From an uncultured Acidobacteriota bacterium (GTDB taxonomy: Bacteria; Acidobacteriota; Thermoanaerobaculia; Multivoradales; UBA5704): a stretch of DNA of 64,000 nucleotides. The stretch lies in assembly GCA_963700145.1 (NCBI GenBank), contig OY969474.1:1056001-1120000 (forward strand), in the 5' to 3' direction. The translations under genes were made by a program, and so were the position numbers. Positions 9,836 through 19,436 of this stretch are shown in pieces. The stretch's first letter is position 1. Each line of letters begins with the position of its first letter. The notes below the pieces were generated by a model, which saw only the letters and a program-made list of their open reading frames with translations, made no database searches and was not told the origin of the DNA.

Positions 9836-11499
9836 GCCGCCCCCGCGCCCGCCAGCAGCGCTGCGTCCGCTTCTTCCTCACGCCAGTCCCGCACCTCGGT
9901 CGCGAGGAAACGTACGATGCGCAGCGCCTGCGAGCGCCCGGAATTGAAGAACGGCACCATGAGCCGCGCGATCTCGCGCGCTGCCGCATCTCCCATTCCG
10001 CCGCGGCCGATGCGGTCCGCCAGCCAATCCTTCCACTGCTCGGGCGTGGTGAAGACGGAGGCGACGACGTCCTCGTCCTCACGCAGGTGGTAGGTGAGCT
10101 TCGAGGACAGCTCTCCATCGCTCAGCAGCGTCACCAGCTTGGCGAAATCGCCGAGGTCGTCCCACTTGATAGCCACCTCGACCGGTACCCCGCCACGCTT
10201 GTCGAGCCGCAGGGCCAGCGCATCTCTCCCGGCCTCCTGCTTCGCCTTGCGCTTGAGCAGCTTCTCGAGGTCACCGAAAAGGAGTCCCGCCGGGTGCTTC
10301 GTATGGGCGAATAGCACGGCGCCCGAGACGGTGAAGGCTTCCTCGATTCCTCCGCCCGCCAGACGGTCGCGGAGCGGCAGGAGCTCCTTCTCGTAGCGGG
10401 CGCGCAGCCGCAGGGCCAGGGGCAGCGCGTCGCGTGGGTCGCAGACGACGAGGACGTCGTCGCCGCCGGCGTAGATGAGCTGCGGCCGCTTCCCCGCTGG
10501 CACATAGCTGCCAAGTGCTTCGAGGTTGAGGTTAGGCGACTCCTGCGAGCGCAGCGAGTCGGCGAAGCCTGCTAGGGCCGAGGAGACTTCTCGGTGGAGC
10601 TCTTCGACACGCCCGTCGCGCACCAGCGCAGGTCCGCGAGAGAGGATCTCCCCCATCCGATCGCCGTCCACCTTGAGCAGGGCAAAGTAATGGAAGCCCT
10701 CGCCCCGCTCGTCCTCCCGCGGCTCGAAGTAGCGGAAGTCGGAGAACCAGGCATCCGGACAGTCGGCGACCTTCGGATAGAGACGCTTGGTGGAGCAGAC
10801 CAGGCAGAGCCGGGTCTGGTCGAGCCGGAAGAAGGCGTGGTCGCCGGAGCGGCTCTTCCTGCTCAGCGCTTCGGCCCGCACCCAGGCATCGCGCACGGTT
10901 TGCCGGATACCGTTCGGCAGCGCCGTCCGTTCTCCGCAGACTGCGCATTTCTCGCCCGTCTCCTCGATCTGTGGGAAAGGACGGAAGCGGCGCGCGGCCG
11001 TGAAGATCCGGGCCCCCTCGAGACTCGCCGCCGCGTAGTCGCCGGGCTCCTCAACCAGGCTCCACGCGATCTCGAGGACGTGGTCCGTCTGGCGTGGCCG
11101 TCCCACCTGTGGGGGATCGCTCCAGATGTCCGCGTCGATGACGAAGTCGTATCTTTCGAGCACCTTGGCGGCCGCCCCCACCAGCGCGTTCCATCGCTCC
11201 TCGACGGCCGCCCGCATCCGGGCAGCGATCTCCGCGCCTTGGCCTGCCGGGACGCGGGCGACGAAGCGGTTCGGAAGACCGGCGGGAAGCCTCGGCTCCT
11301 CCCCGGCGGCGGGCACCGGAACGAAGGGAAAGACCATGGCGCAGCCGGGCTGCGCCAGCACCACCCGGATCGCTTCCTCGATCAGACGCGACAGCACCGC
11401 ACTGCCGGTCCACAGGTCCGCCACCCGCCGCGCCTGTGCGATGAAGGTGTGGACCGGCCCGATGCGGAAGGTAAGGAGCGCGGTAGCGGGCCTTCTCAC
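9832..11499 (-). CDS. cas10: Cas10/Cmr2, ~555 aa, no HD domain, cyclase motif intact
   Basis: 'IGPVHTFIAQARRVADLWTGS', 'LPNRF', Zn site CAVC/CLVC, 'VDGDRMG', 'YAGGDDVL'; GTG start overlaps cmr1 stop. Confidence 0.93.
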   Translation of the reverse strand: MRRPATALLTFRIGPVHTFIAQARRVADLWTGSAVLSRLIEEAIRVVLAQPGCAMVFPFVPVPAAGEEPRLPAGLPNRFVARVPAGQGAEIAARMRAAVEERWNALVGAAAKVLERYDFVIDADIWSDPPQVGRPRQTDHVLEIAWSLVEEPGDYAAASLEGARIFTAARRFRPFPQIEETGEKCAVCGERTALPNGIRQTVRDAWVRAEALSRKSRSGDHAFFRLDQTRLCLVCSTKRLYPKVADCPDAWFSDFRYFEPREDERGEGFHYFALLKVDGDRMGEILSRGPALVRDGRVEELHREVSSALAGFADSLRSQESPNLNLEALGSYVPAGKRPQLIYAGGDDVLVVCDPRDALPLALRLRARYEKELLPLRDRLAGGGIEEAFTVSGAVLFAHTKHPAGLLFGDLEKLLKRKAKQEAGRDALALRLDKRGGVPVEVAIKWDDLGDFAKLVTLLSDGELSSKLTYHLREDEDVVASVFTTPEQWKDWLADRIGRGGMGDAAAREIARLMVPFFNSGRSQALRIVRFLATEVRDWREEEADAALLAGAGAA

Positions 11500-12704
11500 A
11501 GCACCTTCTCCACGAGCTTCTTGCGGGCGAGGTCGCCAAGAAAATGGGCGACGATCGACCCCTGCTCCGGTGACGGCGGCGCCGCGGGCCTCGGGAGGCC
11601 CTTGAAGCGGATGACCTGACCGTTCGGCACCAGGGGCGCCGGTAGGTAGGTGAAAACGGCGAAGAAGCCCTCCTTGAGGTGGGCGATATGGAGCAGCAGC
11701 GGCGAGGCGCGCCGCCGCTCCTTGCCGTTTTCCTCCCAAGCGACGATCTGGTCCCCGAAGGGCAGCGGCAGACCGAAGCCCGCTCGATCCGGGACGCCCC
11801 CGGATGGCTGCCGGCGAGGTCCCGCCCAAACGTAATCCCGGTTCGCGAGAGGGGTTGTTCCCAGGGTCCTTCCGTCCTCTGGGTAGCCATAGCGCCGACG
11901 GAAAGCCATCAGCCAGGCGCCGGCTCGTACCATCGCCTCGTCCCAGCTCGTCGAGTGGACGCTCGCGACGAACACGCGGCTGTCGCGGGTGAAATAGGTC
12001 CAGTGCGCGAGGGCTCCGGAAGCGCTCTCCTGCGCCAGCAGTGACAGCCGCTTCTTCGTCTCACCGACGAACGCCTCGCGGCCGGGTAGCGCGCCGCCGA
12101 CTTCACGCAGCGAGCCGAACCCACGTCGGCTGCGCGTGCCGAGCCCACCGAGGTTGAGCCAGCACCAGAAAGCCGCGTCCCAGAGCTCGGAGCCCGCGCC
12201 GCCGCCGCGAGGCCGCCGCCAGGTGAGCCGAAGTGATGCCTTCTGGGCCGGGAGAAAGCAGGACCGCGAGAGGCGCGCCTGCCCTCCGCCTGCCGGCGCA
12301 AGGCAGCCGTAGCCCAGATAGAGCAGTGGGTTGACCGGCCACTGCATGCGCAGCCGGCTCGTGGCTTCACGCCATTCCGGAGTGCCTCGCCGAACACCCC
12401 ACTCGTCCGCCAGCGCTTCGTCGCCGAGCGGTCTTCCCCACGTGTGCAGCGACTCGGCTGCCACAGAAGCCGGCATCCCGAGCGCCCGCACTTGCAGCGG
12501 CGAGCGTGCCTCGGTCGAGCCGAAGATCTCCGCTTCCAGCCGTTTGACCTCGCCCAGGTCGCCCGCCGTCGCCCCGCCCGCGACTGCCCGGAACCACCAG
12601 CGGAGCTGCCCGCGAACCGAGGCCGCCCGCCACTCGGCCTGCTGGCGCACGCCGCCCAGAAAACAGGGCGTCACGAACTCGATCTCGAGCTGAAGCCGCT
12701 CCAT
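11496..12704 (-). CDS. cmr1: Type III-B RAMP Cmr1
   Basis: 'VTPCFLGG', 'VRGQLRWWFRA', 'GGLGTRSRRGFGS', 'RAGFGLP', 'RRASPL'. Confidence 0.92.
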   Translation of the reverse strand: MERLQLEIEFVTPCFLGGVRQQAEWRAASVRGQLRWWFRAVAGGATAGDLGEVKRLEAEIFGSTEARSPLQVRALGMPASVAAESLHTWGRPLGDEALADEWGVRRGTPEWREATSRLRMQWPVNPLLYLGYGCLAPAGGGQARLSRSCFLPAQKASLRLTWRRPRGGGAGSELWDAAFWCWLNLGGLGTRSRRGFGSLREVGGALPGREAFVGETKKRLSLLAQESASGALAHWTYFTRDSRVFVASVHSTSWDEAMVRAGAWLMAFRRRYGYPEDGRTLGTTPLANRDYVWAGPRRQPSGGVPDRAGFGLPLPFGDQIVAWEENGKERRRASPLLLHIAHLKEGFFAVFTYLPAPLVPNGQVIRFKGLPRPAAPPSPEQGSIVAHFLGDLARKKLVEKVL

Positions 12705-12711
12705 CTGCCGA

Positions 12712-14697
12712 CTAAGACACGGCGCCGGCCGCTGAGGGGGAGTCGACCGGAGCGCGACGCTTCTCCCGCACCAGGAACCCGACCGTGGCAACAGTCCACC
12801 GCTCCTCCTCCTGGACCGCGAGCGGTGCGTCGCCCCGGAGCGGCCCGCCACACGCCGCCTGCCAGAGGAGGCGAGGGAGCCCTCCCTGCGGCTTCACATC
12901 GCTGCGCGCGCCAGACGCCGGCTGTTCCAACCAGGAGAGGTCCGCCTCGTGGGTCGTGGCGAAGACCTTCAGGTGCTCCACATCCGCTCGGCCGGTGAAG
13001 CCCTTGGGGAGCTGCAGCTCGATCTCGTCCCCGGCTCGCACGCCGACCAGGAGCTCGCGTTCCGGATCGAGGCCCTCGTTTGCACCCCCCACGGGGTAAA
13101 GCAGGCTGACGGCGCCGGTGAGGCCGAGGTCCAACACGTGAATGAAGAGGGGACTCGTATGACGATGGAAAATGCGAAAGCCCAGGCGCTCGCCTTCGTG
13201 GTAGACGACCCGACCGGAGCGGCTGTCGGGGCGCGCCGGGCTCGCCGCGCCGTCCGCGGCGATCCGCAGGAGCTGCACCTCGACGCAACCCCGAAGCGGG
13301 TTTCTAGGATCTTCGTCCTCGACCCGCAAGAGGTTGCGGTAGCGGGCGAGCCGCTCGAGATCGGCGACGAGCGACCCTACGGCGCCGGAGCCTGCCGCTA
13401 TCGGGAAGAAGACAGCTACCCCCTCGTCATCGACCGCCGCCCACGTGGCTGCTCCTTCGCCCAACTCGACCCGCACGTCGGCACCTTCGCCGTCGGCTAC
13501 CAGCAAGAGGAGCGGGGAGTCGCCGACTCGTCGCGCCAGACTCTTGCCTCCCTTCGCACGAAGGGCGGCCGCCGAGACGGCCACAGGCATCCGCATCCAA
13601 CCCGGGCCCTTCGCTCGCTCGACAGCCCGCGCGCCGGCGCCGATCGGGCTCGTCTCCTCGACGATCTCCGCCTCACTCGAGACCGCGTGGACACGCTCCA
13701 CGCGCGCGAGCCCCAGCGGCTGTGCGGCGCGATCGATCTCGCGCGCGCCTGACGGGTAGATGGCCCAGAGCGAGCCGGGAGTGACGCCGTGGACGGCGCC
13801 ACCCCCCAACCGCACGCGCTCAGCGGCGCGCTCGTGGACCGGCAGATACGGCGTGGGCGCGGCTGTCGCCATGCCGAAGAGCAGGCGGTCGCGCGCTCCT
13901 TCGAGCTGCGGTGTTTGACCCAAAGCGCTGGCTGCGACCGCAGCGCGCACCGGTTCGAGGAGGTCGCGATAAGTAGCGCGGGCCGGGGCCTGTTGCAACG
14001 CCTGGCAGAGGTGGTAGGTGAAAACGCTGTGCGACGGCGCCCCTGGCTTGAAGGGGAGCTCCTTCGCACGCTCCTCTTCCCGGCACGCGGCGAAGAGCAC
14101 ATAGCGATCCGCTACCCCTAGAAGACCACTAAGACCAGCGTCGCGTGCTCGCCGGGCGAAGAGCTCGGCAGGAACCGGCGACGGTGGGAGCTTCGTGATC
14201 GGCCGGGTCTCAACCGGGAGCCACTTCTCGCGTCCCTCGCGCGCGAGCGTCCCCGAGTAGCAGGTATCGACGATGATCGCGACGTTGGGCGTCACCTCGC
14301 TCATCTCCAACACCCAGGCGTAGATCTCGTCGTCGGTGATGTCCCGGAACGGGTGGGGATCCCGGCCGCCGTCGTGCGGGACGATCGACTCGTCCAAGCC
14401 GTTCGGCTCGTCGCCTTCGCGATCAGGCACTTGCGAGCCGTGGCCGCTGTAGAAGAAGACGACTGCGTCGCCGGATCGTGCGCGCATCCGCAGCGCGGTG
14501 AGCCCGTCGAGGATGGCCTTGCGGGTCGCGGCCTCGTCGAGGAGCAGCGTGACTCCGTCCTCCGGGAAGCCGTATCGCCCGCGGAGGACTTCCTCCATTA
14601 GCCGCGCGTCGTTGGCGCAGCTCCGGAGCTGGTTCTTGAAGTTCGGGTACCGGTCGATACCGACCAGTAGGGCGAACTTGCCACGCCGGCTGGACAC
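12712..14697 (-). CDS. Caspase-like peptidase C14 with long C-terminal extension (DUF4384-like end)
   Basis: 'ALLVGIDRY', 'FYSGHGSQ' (His), 'IVDTCYSG' (Cys), 'QTPQLEG'; C-term 'GERLGFRI...LFIHVLDLG...VSLLYP'. Start GTG 14697 inferred. Confidence 0.88.
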   Translation of the reverse strand: MSSRRGKFALLVGIDRYPNFKNQLRSCANDARLMEEVLRGRYGFPEDGVTLLLDEAATRKAILDGLTALRMRARSGDAVVFFYSGHGSQVPDREGDEPNGLDESIVPHDGGRDPHPFRDITDDEIYAWVLEMSEVTPNVAIIVDTCYSGTLAREGREKWLPVETRPITKLPPSPVPAELFARRARDAGLSGLLGVADRYVLFAACREEERAKELPFKPGAPSHSVFTYHLCQALQQAPARATYRDLLEPVRAAVAASALGQTPQLEGARDRLLFGMATAAPTPYLPVHERAAERVRLGGGAVHGVTPGSLWAIYPSGAREIDRAAQPLGLARVERVHAVSSEAEIVEETSPIGAGARAVERAKGPGWMRMPVAVSAAALRAKGGKSLARRVGDSPLLLLVADGEGADVRVELGEGAATWAAVDDEGVAVFFPIAAGSGAVGSLVADLERLARYRNLLRVEDEDPRNPLRGCVEVQLLRIAADGAASPARPDSRSGRVVYHEGERLGFRIFHRHTSPLFIHVLDLGLTGAVSLLYPVGGANEGLDPERELLVGVRAGDEIELQLPKGFTGRADVEHLKVFATTHEADLSWLEQPASGARSDVKPQGGLPRLLWQAACGGPLRGDAPLAVQEEERWTVATVGFLVREKRRAPVDSPSAAGAVS

Positions 14698-14731
14698 GGG
14701 ATGTCTCGCGACACCGTTGGGTGAACCGGCC

Positions 14732-14896
14732 TCAGACCCCCTTGTCGGTGGGCTTCGGATCGTTCTGCTGGTCCGGTTCGCTGCCCTCCTGCGTGCGGGC
14801 GACCTTGTCGCCCTCCGGCTCCGCGCTCTTGTCGCCCTTGACGATGTTGTCCTCTCCCGGGGTGCTGCCTTCTTGCGTCTTGCTGGTGCGGTCCAT
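14732..14896 (-). CDS. Putative 54-aa acidic peptide with own RBS, in frame with upstream CHAT ORF
   Basis: AGGGAGGAG-N6-ATG at 14896; sequence MDRTSKTQEGS...RTQEGS... with internal repeat. Confidence 0.5.
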   Translation of the reverse strand: MDRTSKTQEGSTPGEDNIVKGDKSAEPEGDKVARTQEGSEPDQQNDPKPTDKGV

Positions 14897-17800
14897 CGTG
14901 ATCTCCTCCCTGAGATCTCCCGGCGCCAGGCGCGGGAGGGTTCTAGGGTGAGAGACACGGTCGCCGAGCATCCGGGGGGGCTGGCGCCACTCGCCGGCGA
15001 GGACGAAGCCCGCCCAGTAATAGGGCGCCGCCCAGCGCGGGTCGGCGCGCAGCGAGCGCTGCGCCGACCGCAGAGCGGCGGCCGGCGAGCGGCCGCCGGC
15101 GAGCAGCTCGCGGTAGAACCGCTCCATCAAGCGTGCCGTCGCCTCGTCGTCGACGTCCCAGAGGCTCGCGAGGACGGCCGCGGCGCCCGCCTCGAGGAAG
15201 CTCTGCGTCAGCCCGACCATCCCCTCGCCCCGGACCTCCTTACCACCGCCGGTGCGACAGGCGCTCAGGACCACGAGGTCGACGGGCAGAGAGAGGTCCG
15301 CGATCTCATAGGAACGGAGGAAGCCGTCCTGTGGGCGGCCGTCGCGATCGTAGAGGGAGAGGACGAGGCCCGAGAGCTCCGGGTGCTGCGGGTGCAAGAG
15401 AGCGTGTGTGGCGAAGTGGACGATGCGGTAGCGACGCAAGCGTCCATCGATGACGAGGCTTCGGTTGGCTGCGGCGCCGGTCACTTGCAGCGTCTGCCCG
15501 GACGGCGCGAGCGCCACGATGGCCGCCGCCTCTTGGCGAGTGAACGGGACACGGGCGAAACCCCGCAGACCGAGGTCGCGCGCAGCGCGGGTCACCGCTG
15601 CCGTGCTCGCGGCGAGGCCCGCGACCACCGGGGCCGTGTTGCCGGTCGTGCGTCCGGTTCGGCCGAAGCGCTCGTCATCGCGGCTGAAGACGGGATCGGC
15701 GACGACGGCGACCAGTCCGCTTAGGGGCCGAGGCGATGCAGTCCGGCGGCGCACGGCCTCGAGTGCCGAGGCCGACGGGAGGACTACGATCTCGTGGCGC
15801 TCGACGAGCGGCCTGCCGGAGCCGCGGGGGTCCGGCAAGGCGGAGAACGGCACGCGGGCGAGAACGCCGTCGGCGACGATGGCGAGCCGATGGTCGCCCA
15901 ACCGATGCGCGATCCCGCCGAGGAGGAGCTTCGCGACCTCGGCTCCCACCAGGGGTGCCTGGGTTGCCATTCCCCGTCCAGGAGCCTTCGCCGACAGCCG
16001 AAGGAGCCGCCCGACCGCTGCTTCGACCTCGGCACGCGGCGGCAGGACGGCGCTCGCGATCTGCTCCCGCGTCACGGCCCACACGAAGCTCCGGTCCTCG
16101 CCCAGGGCGTAAACCAGAAGCAGCGTGTCGCGATCGAGGACGCGCCGCTGGATCGCCAGGCTGTCGATGACCGGCGCGACGTCACGTTCGCCGACTGCGA
16201 CTGCGCGAAGCTCGACCAACAGCTTCTCGCGCTCGAAGAGCAGCCGCCGGAGACGCGCGCCGTCGGCGCCATCGCTACGCTCTCCGAAGGCGCGGATCGA
16301 CCGCTCGACGCGCCGCAGATCGCCATCCTGGGCGAGAGCTGTGGCCACAACGCCGCTCGACCGCGCTTGAGTGAGGAGGTCCAGCAGCGTGCGGGCCCGC
16401 GCGCGCTCCGCCAGATCGAGCGCCGCGCGATCGTGGCCGACGGCCGGCTCTCGGCCGTGCAGGTCCATCGCGAGGTCGATTGCGAGCTCGTACTGCTCGT
16501 GGACGGAGGCGAGGTAGCTGGTCCGCAAGGCGCCGCTTTCGGCCCCCGCACGGACGGATTCGAGGCGAGTGAGCGCCTCCCTCAGGTCAGCGCTGGCGCC
16601 ATGGGGATCGCCGAGCGCGCGCCGCGCCTTCGCACGCCGAAAGTAAGCATAGGAAATAGCCGACGGGTCACCGAGTGGCAGGAGAAGAGGGAGCGCGGAC
16701 TCCAGCCGGCCCAGGCCCGCAGCCGGCTTTCCAGCACGAACCAGCGCATCGCCGAAGTTGCTGAGCGTGTTGGCCTCGCTCCGGCGGTCGTCCCCCTCGC
16801 GGAAGATGGCCCATGCCGCTTCGTACTCCCGCACCGCCCGGGCCGGCCGCCCCGCTTCGCGCGAGGCACTGCCCAACCGGTCGAGGGTGACGGCCTCGCC
16901 CCGCCGGTCACCCACCTCCCGGCGCAGCGCGAGAGACCAAAGGAGATCTCGCCGGCCGCGCACGAAGTCCCCTTCGAGACACCGCACCCAACCGAGTGCC
17001 ATCGCGGTGGTCGCCTCCTGGCGGCGATTGCCGCTGACGCGGTGGAGGCGGAGGGCCTGCTCCAGCGCGTCGCGCGCTTCGGGGAGTCGACCGAGGGCCG
17101 TGAAGAGACTTCCCATGTTGTGGAGCGTCGTCGCCTCGCCCGTCGCCTCGCGCAGCGTCCGCCAGTTCGTAAGCGCCTCGTCGAAGAGGAGAAGCGCGCG
17201 CCAAGGCTCGCCGGCCCTTTCCTCGAGCAGGGCGAGGTTGTTGAGCGAGACCGTCTCTTCGCGGAGATCGCCTGCCGTGCGAGCGCTCGCAAAAGCGGCT
17301 TCGTAGGAGGTCCGGGCGCGATCGGCTTCACCGAGGCGCTGGTAGGCAAATCCGAGATCGTTGTGCAGGCTCGAGACCTGCGCATCGAGGCCAAGCGCGC
17401 GAGCGCTGCGAAACGCCGCCTCCCAATGCTCCACCGCCCGTTGCATGTTCCCTTCGCGCGACCAGGCGCGACCGAGCTTCATGTGCGCCACCATGGCCGG
17501 GTAGCGTTCGCCCACGCGGTTAAAAAGCTTGAGCGCGTGCTCGTAGCGCTCGACGGCCTGCTGGCGGGCGTCCGGCTGATCGCGCGCCAGCGCCGCGTCG
17601 CCCTCGCTCACCACGCGGCAGGCGTCGGCGCGCCGCCGGTCGTCCGCAGTCGCTGGGCGCCGAGCGAGAGTGGCGGAGAACCGGCCGGCGGCGGCTTCGT
17701 TGAAGGGCCGGATCTCGAGGCGGTACTCGCCGTCCTCGTCCGCGACCAGGAAGAGGTGCTCTGGTCCGTGAGCGCCGTTCGGGCTGTCGACCGTGAGGAG

Positions 17801-18778
17801 CGGGCGGCCGCCGGGACGGAGGAGCACCGCAACGACGTCGATCCCCTGCTGATTTACGACGACATGGGCGAAGTCGTCGCTATGCAGGGCGATACGCAAC
17901 GTCGCGGCGCGGCTGCCGGCGAGGGCTGCGGCGCGCGGCTCGCCCGGGCTGAGGAGGAGGTCCGGCGCGGCCGCAGCGCCGCGCGGCCCACGAGGCTCCT
18001 CGCGGACGAGCTCGAAGGAGTACACGGCGAGGAGCTGCGCCCCGGCGTCCGCCACCCCGAACACCCGAACCTCGTAGCTCCCGGCGGTCAGGCTCTCGAC
18101 TGGCAGGATGAGTGAGAAATTACCGAGATCGCTGCGCTGGACATCGTCGTCCGCCCAGATCTTCTCGCCGTGCGCGCCGGCGAGCTCCATCCGATAGCGC
18201 GGGAAGGTGCGCAAGTCCCCCAAGTTGAGTAGCAGCACGAGTCGTGCGCCGCCGGGCGGCGCCGTGACCCGCACCGGCCCCTCCCGCGTGCGCTCGGCGC
18301 CGCTCCCCTGCGGCACCAAGTCCGCTACCACCACATCACCGCTCGGCCCGGCCGTCCGCGAGACCTCGCCGCGGAGGCGAAGCCCCCAGGCGAGGAGGCC
18401 GAGGCAGACCACGAGCGACGCTGCGAGACCCCACACCGCCGCGGCCGCCCAAGCCGAAGTGCGGACCGGCAGTTGCGCTGAACCGTTCAGGCGCTCGACC
18501 AGCCGCTCCCACTCGCGCTCGGTCTCTGGATCCAGGGCATCGGCCTCGGCCGGCGCTGCACCGAACACCATCAGGTCGAGCACCGCCTGCGCGCACTCGG
18601 GACAGAGCGCCAGATGCTCCTGGATCAGCTCCTCCTCTTCGCGCGCGTGGAGGCCCAGCGAGTAGTCGGCGAGCTGAACGGCCGACGGGTGATCCGCGAG
18701 CTCCCGGCTCCGTGCCCGGGCGATCGCCCGGATTGCCGCGTCGAGCCGCGTGTCGTCGAGTTCGTGCGGAGGCGCCAT
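14732..18778 (-). CDS. Fusion: zinc-finger (HxxxCxxC) anti-sigma - TM helix - Ig/PPC-like - TPR array - CHAT protease
   Basis: 'EHLALCPEC', TM 'AWAAAAVWGLAASLVVCLGLLAW', 'VVNQQGIDVV...VDSPNG...GEYRLEI', repeated TPR 'A.TL.N.G', CHAT 'VHFATH', 'VLSACRTG', 'SLWDVDD', 'YYWAGFVL'; start overlaps sigma stop. Confidence 0.85.
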   Translation of the reverse strand: MAPPHELDDTRLDAAIRAIARARSRELADHPSAVQLADYSLGLHAREEEELIQEHLALCPECAQAVLDLMVFGAAPAEADALDPETEREWERLVERLNGSAQLPVRTSAWAAAAVWGLAASLVVCLGLLAWGLRLRGEVSRTAGPSGDVVVADLVPQGSGAERTREGPVRVTAPPGGARLVLLLNLGDLRTFPRYRMELAGAHGEKIWADDDVQRSDLGNFSLILPVESLTAGSYEVRVFGVADAGAQLLAVYSFELVREEPRGPRGAAAAPDLLLSPGEPRAAALAGSRAATLRIALHSDDFAHVVVNQQGIDVVAVLLRPGGRPLLTVDSPNGAHGPEHLFLVADEDGEYRLEIRPFNEAAAGRFSATLARRPATADDRRRADACRVVSEGDAALARDQPDARQQAVERYEHALKLFNRVGERYPAMVAHMKLGRAWSREGNMQRAVEHWEAAFRSARALGLDAQVSSLHNDLGFAYQRLGEADRARTSYEAAFASARTAGDLREETVSLNNLALLEERAGEPWRALLLFDEALTNWRTLREATGEATTLHNMGSLFTALGRLPEARDALEQALRLHRVSGNRRQEATTAMALGWVRCLEGDFVRGRRDLLWSLALRREVGDRRGEAVTLDRLGSASREAGRPARAVREYEAAWAIFREGDDRRSEANTLSNFGDALVRAGKPAAGLGRLESALPLLLPLGDPSAISYAYFRRAKARRALGDPHGASADLREALTRLESVRAGAESGALRTSYLASVHEQYELAIDLAMDLHGREPAVGHDRAALDLAERARARTLLDLLTQARSSGVVATALAQDGDLRRVERSIRAFGERSDGADGARLRRLLFEREKLLVELRAVAVGERDVAPVIDSLAIQRRVLDRDTLLLVYALGEDRSFVWAVTREQIASAVLPPRAEVEAAVGRLLRLSAKAPGRGMATQAPLVGAEVAKLLLGGIAHRLGDHRLAIVADGVLARVPFSALPDPRGSGRPLVERHEIVVLPSASALEAVRRRTASPRPLSGLVAVVADPVFSRDDERFGRTGRTTGNTAPVVAGLAASTAAVTRAARDLGLRGFARVPFTRQEAAAIVALAPSGQTLQVTGAAANRSLVIDGRLRRYRIVHFATHALLHPQHPELSGLVLSLYDRDGRPQDGFLRSYEIADLSLPVDLVVLSACRTGGGKEVRGEGMVGLTQSFLEAGAAAVLASLWDVDDEATARLMERFYRELLAGGRSPAAALRSAQRSLRADPRWAAPYYWAGFVLAGEWRQPPRMLGDRVSHPRTLPRLAPGDLREEITMDRTSKTQEGSTPGEDNIVKGDKSAEPEGDKVARTQEGSEPDQQNDPKPTDKGV

Positions 18779-19350
18779 CACCGCTCTCCCGCGGCGACCC
18801 GGCGAGCCATGCACCGCTTCACCTGCTGCCGCGCCTCGTGTACGTGAGACTTGACGGTCTCGATCGAAACGTGGAGGAGGTCGGCAATCTCACGATAGTG
18901 GCGGTCCTGGAAGACGTAGAGCCAGAGGCATTGCCGCATCTTGGGCGCAAGCTCGTCGAGGCAGGCCCGCGCCGCCGCCAACTCCTCGGAGACCAGCGCT
19001 TGCTCGAGCGGGTTCGGCGCCGGGGCGGCGCCGACCGGCAGTGCGTGGTCGGCGGCCTCGTTCCCAGGCTCTCCTTCGGCTCCCAACGAGACCTCCTTGA
19101 CGTCTCTCTTGATTGCCCCTCGCCGCCGCAGCTCGTTCTTCCAGACATTCGCGGTGATCCTACGCACCCATGCGTCAGCGGCGGCTTCCGAACGCAAGTT
19201 GCCTATGTTCTGAGAGACACGAACGAAGACGTCCTGGGCGAGCGCGCGGGCCTCGTCGCTCGAGAAGCCTTGGTGGGTGAAGAAGCGATGGACACCTGGG
19301 CGATAGCGCACGAAGAGCTTGTGGACGAGCTCGCGCTGATCGTCGTTCAT
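18778..19350 (-). CDS. ECF RNA polymerase sigma factor
   Basis: 'LAQDVFVRV', 'AWVRRITANVWKN', 'YREIADLLHVSIETVKSHVHEAR'. Confidence 0.92.
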   Translation of the reverse strand: MNDDQRELVHKLFVRYRPGVHRFFTHQGFSSDEARALAQDVFVRVSQNIGNLRSEAAADAWVRRITANVWKNELRRRGAIKRDVKEVSLGAEGEPGNEAADHALPVGAAPAPNPLEQALVSEELAAARACLDELAPKMRQCLWLYVFQDRHYREIADLLHVSIETVKSHVHEARQQVKRCMARRVAAGER

Positions 19351-19436
19351 GGGGCCTTCCAGCGCTCGATGATAGCGCCGGCGGAAGGCCCGACCGATGT
19401 CCGCGAGAAGCCCCGCCCGTGCGGCGGCGGTCGCTA

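Noticed and set aside
19351-19436. Possible ECF autoregulatory promoter upstream of the sigma gene
   Set aside because: No convincing -35/-10 pair identifiable by eye
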